DNA of 64,000 nt from Candidatus Kerfeldbacteria bacterium (GTDB lineage Bacteria > Patescibacteriota > Patescibacteriia > UBA9570 > XYC2-FULL-38-9). The stretch lies in the NCBI GenBank assembly GCA_016182555.1, contig JACPGJ010000007.1:128053-192052 (forward strand). The letters run 5' to 3'. This document shows, piece by piece, positions 18,094-28,198 of the stretch; within the stretch, counting starts at the first letter, position 1; every line of letters starts with the position of its first letter. The notes beneath the pieces are model-generated. The model did no database searches. It was not told where the DNA came from and worked only from the letters and a program-made list of their open reading frames with translations. The position numbers were made by a program, and so were the translations under genes.

Positions 18094-19552
18094 GTTGCAC
18101 GTTGCTCAACCGTTTCTCTGTTTTCTCTTTTAACTCACTCAAAAAGTGAGTGCGCTGTACCAGGTAATGATCTCGTTCGGCTTCTGCTCTTTTCAATACT
18201 CGTTGCCATGCATGTAACTCTTTCTGTCGCTCTTGTTCATTGGTCAACGATAGCTTCTGCAAATCTGTGGTAGAAAAATGTTCAATAAGCAAACTCGCTT
18301 CTTCTATTCGATCTTCACTCACTAAAATTGCATGTTCTAAGCGATAAAATGTGTTACAAAAATTCACCAATGCCTCAACCGTCGGCAGATCATATTCTTC
18401 CATAAACGCACGCAAAAATGTTTGCGTATTTTGCATTTCTATAGACCTATCTGTTGACGACATGATCTCTTCTGCTCGGCGTAATTGTTCAAAATGCGCT
18501 TTGTCTGTTAATAATTCAACCGCCTGCTCGACATGGTGTTTAATCCGCCAATCTAAATCATAATTGTGAATATACTGCTCCTGTAACGCCGGTAAGGCCA
18601 GTACCCGCAGCCCACCAATTTTCGTATAATCGTCTTGCATCGCCTTGGTATTGATGCGAGTTTCAGCAAAGCATTCGATGGGATATTTATACACTTGATT
18701 GTCTTGGTCATTCTGCACATAGATATATCCTTTCAAAATACGTACATCTGGTTCACCAGGGATCAACACAAACCCATCGGTATCATAGCGGTCAGTGGAT
18801 GTTTCTTCTGTATGGTGAATACGAAAATATTCTTGAGCTGCATCTTTGTAAAGCATTCCTTTTTGTTTGGCCAATGCTTGAATTTCTCTATCTTGTTTCT
18901 GTGGTTCAGTACGCGGTGGATAGGTAGGGCGAAAAAACCCGAAACGCACCAACCGATCTTTGAAGCGCCTCAACATATCGACATTTTTTACGGCAAAATC
19001 ACCATCGCCGGGAACGCGAGAGAGGAAATCATTTATGCGTTCCTGCAGTGCTGCTGGAACTGCTGCCCACTGCTCTGGCGTATGACGAATTTGTGACAAA
19101 TGTAGATAGAGTGCTGTACTAGAATACATCACATAAGGAATATCTGAATCACGAAATACCTCAGCAATGGCATTGAGCCCAAGCATTATGACATGTCGTT
19201 TGGTTTCTAACGGAACCGATGGGTCTTCCGTACTCTTTGCCGTAGCGATTTTATATTCCAATGTTGCCAAATCGTTATATTGCTCTGCTGGAGGTTCCAC
19301 CGGAAACCCCGCAGTGATGTGCTCCAACTGCTCTGGGCGAAAAGTTTCTAACGGACGCTCTGCTGCTGCTTCTCTGACTTGTTCAAAATTCAAAAAATAT
19401 TCCGACGGATAACCAATTGTTCCTGCTCTCAAATCGCTTGTCGTGATTCGACGGCCAGGACGTATTCTTATTTCTTTCACATCCCTTGGTGGCAATTTTT
19501 GTGCATCTCCCCTCGGATGATGTGATATATATGGCTGATGTTCATTTACCAT
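18068..19552 (-). CDS. Hypothetical protein with a possible nucleotidyltransferase-like motif and a C-terminal coiled coil
   Basis: IPYVMYSSTALYLH...PGDGDFAV resembles Pol-beta superfamily G(S/G)xA...DxD motifs. Start set at ATG 19552, 6 nt after TTGCAA-17-TATTAT. Confidence 0.55.
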   Translation of the reverse strand: MVNEHQPYISHHPRGDAQKLPPRDVKEIRIRPGRRITTSDLRAGTIGYPSEYFLNFEQVREAAAERPLETFRPEQLEHITAGFPVEPPAEQYNDLATLEYKIATAKSTEDPSVPLETKRHVIMLGLNAIAEVFRDSDIPYVMYSSTALYLHLSQIRHTPEQWAAVPAALQERINDFLSRVPGDGDFAVKNVDMLRRFKDRLVRFGFFRPTYPPRTEPQKQDREIQALAKQKGMLYKDAAQEYFRIHHTEETSTDRYDTDGFVLIPGEPDVRILKGYIYVQNDQDNQVYKYPIECFAETRINTKAMQDDYTKIGGLRVLALPALQEQYIHNYDLDWRIKHHVEQAVELLTDKAHFEQLRRAEEIMSSTDRSIEMQNTQTFLRAFMEEYDLPTVEALVNFCNTFYRLEHAILVSEDRIEEASLLIEHFSTTDLQKLSLTNEQERQKELHAWQRVLKRAEAERDHYLVQRTHFLSELKEKTEKRLSNVQLIRDLLAA

Positions 19553-19640
19553 AAATATATAATACCACAAAAAGGATATATTTGCAAGTTTCGCCAATGC
19601 GGCTGGCGGCGTATAATAAAGTGGCTCAACCTATACAGCT

Positions 19641-21686
19641 ATGCCTATTAATGATATTCCCATAACCGATCTTCACGGTGTCGGCGAAGTGCTGGCAAAA
19701 CGACTCTTGTACATCGGAATCAAAACGGTTCGCGATTTGGTTTTTTATTTTCCGCGCGACTATGAAGATTTATCTGTTGTGCAACCGATCGCCGCGGCGC
19801 AAGAAGGTGAAAAAATAAACATCAAAGGAAAAATTGAACGCATCAATACACAACGAACGTTTCGCAAACGAATGGCGGTGATTCAAGCACGTGTAAAAGA
19901 TGAAACCGGTGCGCTGAATGTCGTTTGGTTTAATCAACCATATCTGCAAGAACAACTGAAGGTGGGTGATGAATTACAATTGTCCGGTGTGGTAAAACGT
20001 GATCGTTATGGATTATCGCTCCACAGCCCAGTGTATGAAAAAGTTTCTGCATCACGTGAATTGATTCATACCGGACGGATTGTGCCGAAATATTCATTAA
20101 CTGCTGGCATCACCCAAAAACAGATTCGCTACTTGATGAAACAATCGTTAAGCCGCGTATTGCCGATTGCCGATTTTTTGCCACCAGAAATTGTTTCGAC
20201 ATATTCGCTCTTAGCGTTGACCGATGCACTGCGAGGCATTCATTTTCCAGAAAATGAAATGCATTTTGAACAGGCCAAACGACGATTGGAATTTGAAGAA
20301 TTATACGTAGCGCAATTAATGGCGCAATGTATTCGAAAAGATATAGCGCAACAAACAGCGCCAACATTGAAGCTACATGAACAGGAGTTGCAACAGTTCG
20401 TCAGCACACTTCCCTTTCGTCTCACCAATGCACAACGTCGTGCGGCGTGGGCGATTTTACAAGACCTGGAAAAAACCCACCCCATGAATCGGTTGCTGGT
20501 GGGTGATGTTGGGTCTGGAAAAACGATCGTCGCGGCAATGGCGATGTGGAACACCGTGCTCTGTGGTAAACAGGCCGTGTTGATGGCTCCAACAGAAATT
20601 TTAGCGCAACAGCATACACAGTATTTGGAAAAACTATTTGCTCATGCTGATATACAAATTGAATTGTGGACATCGCGAACAAGCAAAGAAAAAAAACAGC
20701 TCACTGATATACAGAAAAAACACCCCAATATTATTATCGGGACACATGCATTGCTACAAGATTATGCACGGTTTGAGAATGTTGGCTTGGTTATTATTGA
20801 CGAACAACATCGTTTCGGTGTTCGCCAAAGAAAATTCTTAAAAGAACATTCCGGTGTTCATACAATGATGCCCCATTTATTGTCGATGACCGCTACACCA
20901 ATCCCCCGCACCTTCGCTCTTGCGGCATACGGCGACTTAGATATTTCCATTATCGATGAACAACCACCTGGGCGAAAACCTGTCATGACTCGATTAGTGC
21001 CACGCGAAAAACGAATAGTTGCTTATCGCTGGCTACAAAAACATATCGTCAACGGCGAACAGGTATTTGTGATTTGTCCGATCATTGAAGAATCAGACAC
21101 CCTGGGAGTGAAGTCGGTGAGTGCGGAATCCCTGCGCCTGCGAGATGTATTTCCTGGCGTTCGCATAGAAATGCTGCACGGAAAAATGAAAGGTACAGAA
21201 AAAGACGCGATTATGGAAAACATGCGTGCAGGAAAAATTGATATTTTAGTATCGACATCAGTGATTGAAGTTGGAGTCGATATTCCAAATGCAACAATTA
21301 TGCTCATTGAAGATGCCGATCGATTTGGGCTGGCGCAACTCCATCAATTTCGCGGACGGGTCGGCCGGTCAAACAAGCAATCGTATTGCTTATTGTTTAC
21401 GAATGCGCAATCGGCAAAAACAGTGGAGCGTTTAGATGCACTCACCAAAAGTCAAAATGGGTTTCAGTTGGCAGAATATGATTTGAAGCTACGTGGTGCA
21501 GGTGAATTGTACGGCACCGCGCAATCTGGCTTTTCACCCTATTTTTTAACCAGCTTGCAACAGCCGGAGCTCATACAAGAAACTCGTGAGGCCGCGCTAA
21601 AAACGATGGATACCAATCTCATTACCCATTATCCATTACTGCAAGAAAAACTCAATGCCCGGTTGCTGGATGTACACTTGGAATAA
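19641..21686 (+). CDS. recG: ATP-dependent DNA helicase RecG
   Basis: YFPRDYED, MNRLLVGDVGSGKT, IIDEQHRFGV.QR, MTATPIPRT, QLHQFRGRVGR. Confidence 0.97.
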   Translation: MPINDIPITDLHGVGEVLAKRLLYIGIKTVRDLVFYFPRDYEDLSVVQPIAAAQEGEKINIKGKIERINTQRTFRKRMAVIQARVKDETGALNVVWFNQPYLQEQLKVGDELQLSGVVKRDRYGLSLHSPVYEKVSASRELIHTGRIVPKYSLTAGITQKQIRYLMKQSLSRVLPIADFLPPEIVSTYSLLALTDALRGIHFPENEMHFEQAKRRLEFEELYVAQLMAQCIRKDIAQQTAPTLKLHEQELQQFVSTLPFRLTNAQRRAAWAILQDLEKTHPMNRLLVGDVGSGKTIVAAMAMWNTVLCGKQAVLMAPTEILAQQHTQYLEKLFAHADIQIELWTSRTSKEKKQLTDIQKKHPNIIIGTHALLQDYARFENVGLVIIDEQHRFGVRQRKFLKEHSGVHTMMPHLLSMTATPIPRTFALAAYGDLDISIIDEQPPGRKPVMTRLVPREKRIVAYRWLQKHIVNGEQVFVICPIIEESDTLGVKSVSAESLRLRDVFPGVRIEMLHGKMKGTEKDAIMENMRAGKIDILVSTSVIEVGVDIPNATIMLIEDADRFGLAQLHQFRGRVGRSNKQSYCLLFTNAQSAKTVERLDALTKSQNGFQLAEYDLKLRGAGELYGTAQSGFSPYFLTSLQQPELIQETREAALKTMDTNLITHYPLLQEKLNARLLDVHLE

Positions 21687-21687
21687 A

Positions 21688-23016
21688 TTATCTATCCAAA
21701 CCAAGTTGGGTAATGGCTTGACGCAAGCTTTTTGCTGTTTTTGGAGAAATAACACTCGACAACCCAAACCGCTTTGCTTCTTTTGTTCGATCTTTCTCCC
21801 GTGCTACTGAGCGAACTTCTCCACCCAGGCCAACCTCTCCCCAGCAAATCGTTTCTGTTGAAACAGCAATATTGCGAAGTGCAGAGACCAATGCTGCGCA
21901 AATTGCCAAATCCATCGCGGGCTCACGAAAAGCACTCCCGCCAACAATATTCAAATATACATCATGCTGTTCAAAGGAACAATCCGCTCGTTGCCCCAAT
22001 ACCGCCAACAATAGATTCAAACGATTCACATCAAAACCAGATGCTTTACGTTGCGGAAACCCAAAACTGGTTTTGGACACCAATGCTTGCACTTCCACCA
22101 AAAAAATACGACTCCCCTCCATCACCGCGGTTAAACACGAACCGGCAACCGCTGATCGCTCTTGCACAAATACCTGCGACGGATCTTGCACTTCTTGCAA
22201 ACCCCGCGCTTGCATATCAAACACCCCCACTTCGTTCGTTGCGCCGAAACGATTTTTCACCGCACGTAATAAACGAAATTGGTGGTGTCGTTCTCCTTCC
22301 AAATACAACACCGTATCAACAATATGTTCCAATGTCTTTGGTCCACCCAACTCCCCGCCTTTGGTCACATGGCCGATAATAATAATCGGAATATTGGTGC
22401 TTTTCGCCACTTCTAAAAAACGCACCGTCGAAGCCTTAATTTGATTAACGCTCCCCGGTTCACTTTCTACACTCGATGACGCCACGGTTTGAATAGAATC
22501 AATAATAACCAACGCCGGTTTGGTTTCCAAAATCGTTTTACAAATGACCTCTACATGTTCTTCACTCACAAACAATAATTGCTGTTGCGCTATACCTAAC
22601 CGGTCAAGGCGTAATTTAATTTGCTGCGCAGATTCTTCGCCAGATACATAGAGCACAGATGCTTGTACACTGCCAGCGATTTGGGCAACAAGGGTAGACT
22701 TACCAATGCCGGGGTCACCGCCAAGAAGAATCAACGAACCAGGGACAATACCACCACCAAGTACGCGATCACATTCGCCAATGCCCGTACTGACTCGTGC
22801 AACAGCGCCTTCTGTTATTTCAGAAAAGCGCAACGGTTTGACTGCAGCAACCGCACCAAGGTTATATGCGCGCTGCTGTTTTGCTGTAGCGGGTAGGTCA
22901 GCGGTACGTTGTTCCAAGGTTCCCCACTTGCCGCATTCTTCGCACCTCCCCGACCATTTCGGAAATTGGGCGTCGCAATTGCTGCAGCTAAAAATAATTT
23001 TTGGTGTTGCACTCAT
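21688..23016 (-). CDS. radA: DNA repair protein RadA/Sms
   Basis: C4 zinc finger CSNC...CEEC, GGDPGIGKSTL, KNRFG, C-terminal Lon-like GEVGLGGEVR. Start set at MSATPK. Confidence 0.96.
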   Translation of the reverse strand: MSATPKIIFSCSNCDAQFPKWSGRCEECGKWGTLEQRTADLPATAKQQRAYNLGAVAAVKPLRFSEITEGAVARVSTGIGECDRVLGGGIVPGSLILLGGDPGIGKSTLVAQIAGSVQASVLYVSGEESAQQIKLRLDRLGIAQQQLLFVSEEHVEVICKTILETKPALVIIDSIQTVASSSVESEPGSVNQIKASTVRFLEVAKSTNIPIIIIGHVTKGGELGGPKTLEHIVDTVLYLEGERHHQFRLLRAVKNRFGATNEVGVFDMQARGLQEVQDPSQVFVQERSAVAGSCLTAVMEGSRIFLVEVQALVSKTSFGFPQRKASGFDVNRLNLLLAVLGQRADCSFEQHDVYLNIVGGSAFREPAMDLAICAALVSALRNIAVSTETICWGEVGLGGEVRSVAREKDRTKEAKRFGLSSVISPKTAKSLRQAITQLGLDR

Positions 23017-23020
23017 AAAC

Positions 23021-24058
23021 CTAATAGGTCGTATCAACAACACTTCCTCCACAACTACAACCAGAAACATCTAATCCTGGGCAAACTCCACACACAGATG
23101 TACTACCCGTATAACCAAAATGATGATCTTCGGTAATATGATTATGCTTGCTGGTTGATGGATTAAAATCTGGGTTATAGTTCAATACCTTCCAACCATA
23201 ACTGTTTGCTCCAATAACATTATATCCAGAAGTAGATTTATTCGTTACAACACAACCACCTTCATTACCACATGCCAGCCAATTATATTGAGCAATGGAG
23301 AGTGAACTGATATTCAAATCAACCGCACCTCCAGAAATATGCCCTTGATCACTACAATCCGGATCAGAAGGATGATCGCCAATACTATTGTCATGTAAAC
23401 ACTGCTGGTAACTAAACGAACGAAACATGTGGTTGGCGGGTATCTTCTTATTAAACTTTGCGTAAAATGTTGCCGCCATTAAATTCCAAGATCCCGCCGC
23501 ATTTGGTGCCAATTTGTGTACTGCCTTGGTAAGCATTTTTTGTGTGTATCGCGAGTCTACCGTAACCAAACCAGTGCACGTGGCATCATCCACGGTATTT
23601 GGACACACCCCTTTCGTATCGGTTGGTAACGGTGGTGCTTCAGATGCTTCAAAATCTTCTACTGGTGGCGTATTGGGTTTTGGAACAACAATGCTAGATA
23701 AGTCGGTCAATTTTGGATTCAAGGTATGCAAAATAAGGTAAGAACTCAATGCAAGCACTAACCCAGCCAAAGCGCTTGTTATTCCATCTTTGGCTTTAGT
23801 AATCGTGCCAGAATTTCCAGCTGCCGCCGCCCAGCGTAAACCATTATACATAATCATTACCGTGGCAAGAATAGCCACCGCACCAACAGCAAATTGATAG
23901 AGCGCTCCCATATAGTCCGCCAAATTGGTGGCAATAATTTTTGAACCAATACCAATTTCTAACTGAACAGGCGGGTTTGTTTGCGCAAATACTACTGCTG
24001 GGAACAAGACAAGAAGCGTCGCAAGAAAAAATTTATTTTTGTGCGTGGTCAATTTCAT
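23021..24058 (-). CDS. CPR T4SS-type pilin (VirB2/TrbC-like) fused to a peptidase M15 (VanY-like) domain
   Basis: Signal peptide, then pilin hairpin (ILATVMIMYNGLRWAAAAGN...KAKDGITSALAGLVLALSSYLILHTLNP), then M15 motifs FRSFSYQ, H-x6-D (GHISGGAVDL) and ExxH (EDHH). Confidence 0.75.
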   Translation of the reverse strand: MKLTTHKNKFFLATLLVLFPAVVFAQTNPPVQLEIGIGSKIIATNLADYMGALYQFAVGAVAILATVMIMYNGLRWAAAAGNSGTITKAKDGITSALAGLVLALSSYLILHTLNPKLTDLSSIVVPKPNTPPVEDFEASEAPPLPTDTKGVCPNTVDDATCTGLVTVDSRYTQKMLTKAVHKLAPNAAGSWNLMAATFYAKFNKKIPANHMFRSFSYQQCLHDNSIGDHPSDPDCSDQGHISGGAVDLNISSLSIAQYNWLACGNEGGCVVTNKSTSGYNVIGANSYGWKVLNYNPDFNPSTSKHNHITEDHHFGYTGSTSVCGVCPGLDVSGCSCGGSVVDTTY

Positions 24059-24782
24059 CTTGAACAATTTTTTTAATGTCATCATACGTTTGAATCCCGC
24101 TGACTATTCTATTATTAATGTAATACGTCGGTGCTTCATCAACATCGAGTGATTTAGCAATGAAATATCCTTGCACGATCATCGATTTTTTTGCGGTATC
24201 CGAGAGACAGGTCGTAAATATATCCGTATCCAACCCTAAGTCGCCCGCCATAGTCACCCACGGACCCAGCACAAATTGAGATTGTTTCTGAAGCAACACA
24301 TCATGATACTGCCAAAATGCTCCCTGGTCTTGTGCACAACGCGCTGCCACAGCAGCATCTTCAGCGTATGGATGGACATTCGGTAAAGGAAAATCTTTCC
24401 ACACATGCAATACATCGCTCGGGTACTCAGCCACAATTTGCGCAATAACGCCGCTCATGGCTGCACAATTCTGACATTCAAAATCACCGAATTCAATAAT
24501 CGTGACTGTCGGTTTTGTCGCACCACGTTGTGGGTCAGTCACAAGTGGGTGTGGTTTTCCTCCTAATATTTCTTTGGGGACAACCGTCACCAATGGATCC
24601 ACTGATCGCGCAATAGTAGAATTATATAAACCTGAGTCATCTTTATGGCGCGCTTTTTCAACGCGCGCATTGATAATTTGTTGTATCACGCCCATCAATA
24701 CAATAGCAGCAACAAAAACGATAACCGAAAAGGTCATGAATAATGTTGATCGATGTTTTGGTTGAATAGGCATAATGCGCAA
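24033..24782 (-). CDS. DsbA/BdbD-like thioredoxin-fold protein, membrane anchored
   Basis: TIIEFGDFECQNC (CxxC), WKDFPL, AARCAQDQGAFWQYHD, APTYYIN. Confidence 0.9.
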   Translation of the reverse strand: MRIMPIQPKHRSTLFMTFSVIVFVAAIVLMGVIQQIINARVEKARHKDDSGLYNSTIARSVDPLVTVVPKEILGGKPHPLVTDPQRGATKPTVTIIEFGDFECQNCAAMSGVIAQIVAEYPSDVLHVWKDFPLPNVHPYAEDAAVAARCAQDQGAFWQYHDVLLQKQSQFVLGPWVTMAGDLGLDTDIFTTCLSDTAKKSMIVQGYFIAKSLDVDEAPTYYINNRIVSGIQTYDDIKKIVQDEIDHAQK

Positions 24783-26033
24783 TTATGGTAAGTCAATTTT
24801 CACTAACTTTCCACTCTTTTTATCACGGAAATAGAGCGTGGAACCGTCCTTTCCAACAAAAATGTCATCCACCGTATATGCCGGGTTTCCCTGGTCATCC
24901 ACCGGTACGGCAATACGCTCTTTTAAACCCGTATTGAGATCAACACGATAAATATCATCTGTGGTTCCATCCAAAACATCTGGTTCAATACCCGAACCGA
25001 ACTTCTGCTCTGATGGCACACCACAGTACACAACGGTGCTCGTTGAATTAAATGCGCACTTATCCGGTGAGGTATGTAATTGGAGTTCTTCTCTATTTTT
25101 CCCAATATCATCTCCATTCGCATCTACTAACCACAACGATGGCTGATAACCCGTTGACGCAGAGTACACACTATACAACAGTTGTTGGCCATTGGGTGAG
25201 TATTCGGTTTTGAGACCACGCCCATCTACCACAGCGCCTTTGAAATTTTCTCCATGCAAACCGATAAATGTGAGCTCTTGGTCCGAGCCATTCACAAATT
25301 CTGAATACGTCGCCACCACATTTCCCGTCGGTGACCAGTCGACATTCACTTTATCACCATTTTGCCCAAGTGACTCCAACGTACGAATGCTGGAACCATC
25401 TGGGTTTGCCACTCCCAACGCCCGCCGCTCTTCTTCCTCGGCCATATATTTAAAAGCAATCTGGCTCGAGTTTGGAGAAAAATCAAAATCTTCAAATTCT
25501 TTCGGTAATGTCACTTGACGTTTCGTATCTAAATGATAATACACATTGGAACCATCGGGGAATTCTAAAATCACTTCATTACTGGTATCAGACCAGGTCA
25601 CATGATCAACATAAGGAAATTGCGCTTCAGCAATTTGAACAATATCGCCATTGTCATTGACAGAATAAAATTTTCCATCATCTGGGTTGTAATACCGAAT
25701 ACTTCCACTGCTACTTGGCGCCGGATTCTGCGCCTCTGAATTGGGTGTTAATACATCTGTTTCGGTTAAACCACCGTTGGCCACAGGGCTCACGCCAGGC
25801 AACCCTCCGCCACCACCGTCATTGGTATTACCGCCACCATTGATATTACCGAGTGGTTCATTCACATTGGGTAAAGCACCATTTGTATTATTCACGTTTT
25901 CATTGCCGCCTGGTGTCGTGCCTGGGGTACCACGAAAAAAAACAATATACAGCAAATAGCCTAAACCAACAGCAATGATCAACAGGATCACTGCGTAGAA
26001 AATACGTTTATTTCGCTCAGATTGTATAGGCAT
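24783..26033 (-). CDS. Membrane-anchored TolB-like beta-propeller protein
   Basis: N-terminal TM, G/N/P linker, repeated WS/FSP blades (FSPNSSQIAF, WSPTG, YSPNGQQLLYS). Confidence 0.65.
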   Translation of the reverse strand: MPIQSERNKRIFYAVILLIIAVGLGYLLYIVFFRGTPGTTPGGNENVNNTNGALPNVNEPLGNINGGGNTNDGGGGGLPGVSPVANGGLTETDVLTPNSEAQNPAPSSSGSIRYYNPDDGKFYSVNDNGDIVQIAEAQFPYVDHVTWSDTSNEVILEFPDGSNVYYHLDTKRQVTLPKEFEDFDFSPNSSQIAFKYMAEEEERRALGVANPDGSSIRTLESLGQNGDKVNVDWSPTGNVVATYSEFVNGSDQELTFIGLHGENFKGAVVDGRGLKTEYSPNGQQLLYSVYSASTGYQPSLWLVDANGDDIGKNREELQLHTSPDKCAFNSTSTVVYCGVPSEQKFGSGIEPDVLDGTTDDIYRVDLNTGLKERIAVPVDDQGNPAYTVDDIFVGKDGSTLYFRDKKSGKLVKIDLP

Positions 26034-26069
26034 AGAATGAATATATTATACCATATATAGAAAATAATT

Positions 26070-27221
26070 TCATAGCACGCTCCCACTGACAAATAATGAA
26101 TAGAGAACTTTTAAGGTGTCGAAATTCAGTAATAAGGCTGGGCTCAATGTCATAAAGAGCATCACCAAAAGAATGATAAAGCCAATCATTAAAATACCAA
26201 ATATAATAATGATGATAAGACCAATGACAATTCCACGAAGCATGGGCGACCGAGCCAACAATGTCAGTACAACCTTCCACGGACCCGGGGGTGCGAGCTT
26301 GGCTGCACGAGAGAGCAATGCTTCTAAGCCACCACCGGAGCCACGTTGACCTTGCTGTTCTTGGCTTGCATCTTCCTCATCTTCTGTTTCTTCGTTATTC
26401 TCCTCTTCATCTTCATCTTCGCCTTGTTCCGTTTGTTCTTGGCGGCGTTGTCTTAATAACTCCGCTTGACGGGCTCCTTCCTCTTCACTGTTTTTCGCAT
26501 CAGCACCGTCATCTTTTTCTGGTGAAGTATCATCTTCTGTATCTTGTCGTGATCCTTCTGCTGCACCGGCAGACGCTTCTTCATCTTGCTCGTCTTGTTC
26601 ATCTGCATCATTAAATTCGTTATCATCATCGTCATCTTCTTCGTTCAATTCATCTTCTGCTTCTTCGTCATCATTATCATCTTCATCTTCGCCTGGCCAC
26701 TGTTTCAGTTGTTCAAATCCATCAACAATTTCACGAACACGCGCAGCTGGAGATTGCCCTCGAAGTTTCGGATTCTGCGCAACAGCCACATTCTCCCCTT
26801 CTTTCTGGCGTTCTGCACGCAACGCGGCTGGTGTGTTGGGTTTTGGCGAAATAGTTTGCTTATCCGAATCATCATCCGCATTATCAGAACTATCATCAAT
26901 TGAAGCATGTTGTAGACGAGTCATATCTGCAGCCTGAGCTGCCTCTGCATCCGAAATATCTGTCGGTGTTTGGGCAATGCGTTGTCCAAAACTAGCAATG
27001 TCTGGATAAGAACGATCTAATTGTTGAATCGCTTTCTGTGCAGCCGCAGAAGGATTTCCCGTTCGTTGTTGAAGCATTCGGGCATAACGCGCTGCTGCCT
27101 GCTGTTGCGGGGTAGACGTCGTGGTAGTATTCAGCAATCCTAACGCCTCATTCAATGTTTTGGTCATTGAACGTTTAATCCGTTGCCGTGTCTGTTGTTG
27201 GTTGGAAGGAGTAAGCGCCAT
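26070..27221 (-). CDS. Hypothetical protein with a long acidic low-complexity region and C-terminal TM
   Basis: 383-aa ORF in the minus-strand run of genes; D/E-rich tract and a hydrophobic C-terminus. Confidence 0.65.
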   Translation of the reverse strand: MALTPSNQQQTRQRIKRSMTKTLNEALGLLNTTTTSTPQQQAAARYARMLQQRTGNPSAAAQKAIQQLDRSYPDIASFGQRIAQTPTDISDAEAAQAADMTRLQHASIDDSSDNADDDSDKQTISPKPNTPAALRAERQKEGENVAVAQNPKLRGQSPAARVREIVDGFEQLKQWPGEDEDDNDDEEAEDELNEEDDDDDNEFNDADEQDEQDEEASAGAAEGSRQDTEDDTSPEKDDGADAKNSEEEGARQAELLRQRRQEQTEQGEDEDEEENNEETEDEEDASQEQQGQRGSGGGLEALLSRAAKLAPPGPWKVVLTLLARSPMLRGIVIGLIIIIIFGILMIGFIILLVMLFMTLSPALLLNFDTLKVLYSLFVSGSVL

Positions 27222-27223
27222 AA

Positions 27224-27556
27224 TTATCCAAAAATCTTTTTTCGCAACACACCATCGTCATGCAGATACTGGTCCTGAAACAATTGTCGCTGACGCTCCG
27301 CTTCGGTCGCGCTACATTCTCCGCGTTCTTCTTGCCAATCAATACGATAGAGTAACAGTGCATATAACGCCATCATCGCTGCGAGCACCGCTTCTCCCGC
27401 TTCCTCTATTTTGGTTTGTGGTGCTAGAGTATTCGCCACCTGTTGTAATTGTTCGGTCTTCTCACGCAACGCTGCCCGTACACGCTCTATCTCTTGGTCA
27501 ATAGCAACACCAGAATCCAACGATGCATGTTGATGTTCAATAACAAGATTATCCAT
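27224..27556 (-). CDS. Hypothetical helical protein
   Basis: 110-aa ORF tightly packed (0-2 nt gaps) between its neighbours. Confidence 0.6.
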   Translation of the reverse strand: MDNLVIEHQHASLDSGVAIDQEIERVRAALREKTEQLQQVANTLAPQTKIEEAGEAVLAAMMALYALLLYRIDWQEERGECSATEAERQRQLFQDQYLHDDGVLRKKIFG

Positions 27557-28177
27557 TTATTGCCAGGTGATATTATCCACTTTCCAATTCCCGTTGACAT
27601 ACAAAAAATCGACCAATGCGTACTGCGTAAACGCACGCGGATCTTCATTTGTTTTCGTCTCTACACGCCGAGTGCCCACACGTGCAGTGGCGGATTCTTT
27701 AGCCGTATAAGCTGTTAATTCAACTGAATTAGCGGTCGTGGAAATACCGTAATAGTCTTCTGGAATACCATCGGTGTGGTTTTTTTCAATAAACGCGAGG
27801 GATTCTTGCTGGAACTCTTCGGTCATAAATGGTTCCAGGCGAGTAATATTTTCATAATTATTCCGGTTCGAAAAGCTGCCATAACGTTCTACAACAATAC
27901 GCGCCAAACGCATTACCAGTTCTTCTTGTGTCGTCTGTGCCGTTGTGTCCGTATTCGTATTGTCGCCACCGGTGTTGGTATTTGTTCCATCACCGCCCGT
28001 GCCACTATTCACATTTGGTAAAGCATTATTCGTATTCTGCTGTTCATTCGTGTTCTGAGTGTTCGTATTATTATCGTCTGTTGAGGAACGCCGAGCAAAC
28101 AATATACCGGCAACGATTAAGCCAACAACAGCCAGCGCACAGAAAACCAGAATGATGATTTTAAGAGATTTTTGCAT
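27557..28177 (-). CDS. Single-pass protein with an NTF2-like C-terminal domain (VirB8/TcpC-like, inferred)
   Basis: TM, N/T linker, then ARIVVERYGSFS...LEPFMT...GNWKVDNI; lies directly downstream of VirB4. Confidence 0.55.
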   Translation of the reverse strand: MQKSLKIIILVFCALAVVGLIVAGILFARRSSTDDNNTNTQNTNEQQNTNNALPNVNSGTGGDGTNTNTGGDNTNTDTTAQTTQEELVMRLARIVVERYGSFSNRNNYENITRLEPFMTEEFQQESLAFIEKNHTDGIPEDYYGISTTANSVELTAYTAKESATARVGTRRVETKTNEDPRAFTQYALVDFLYVNGNWKVDNITWQ

Positions 28178-28198
28178 ACATGCTATCTATTATCGCAA

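Noticed and set aside
26340-26700. TCA/TCT trinucleotide-like repeats
   Set aside because: They are simply the codons of an Asp/Glu-rich tract, not a separate DNA repeat.
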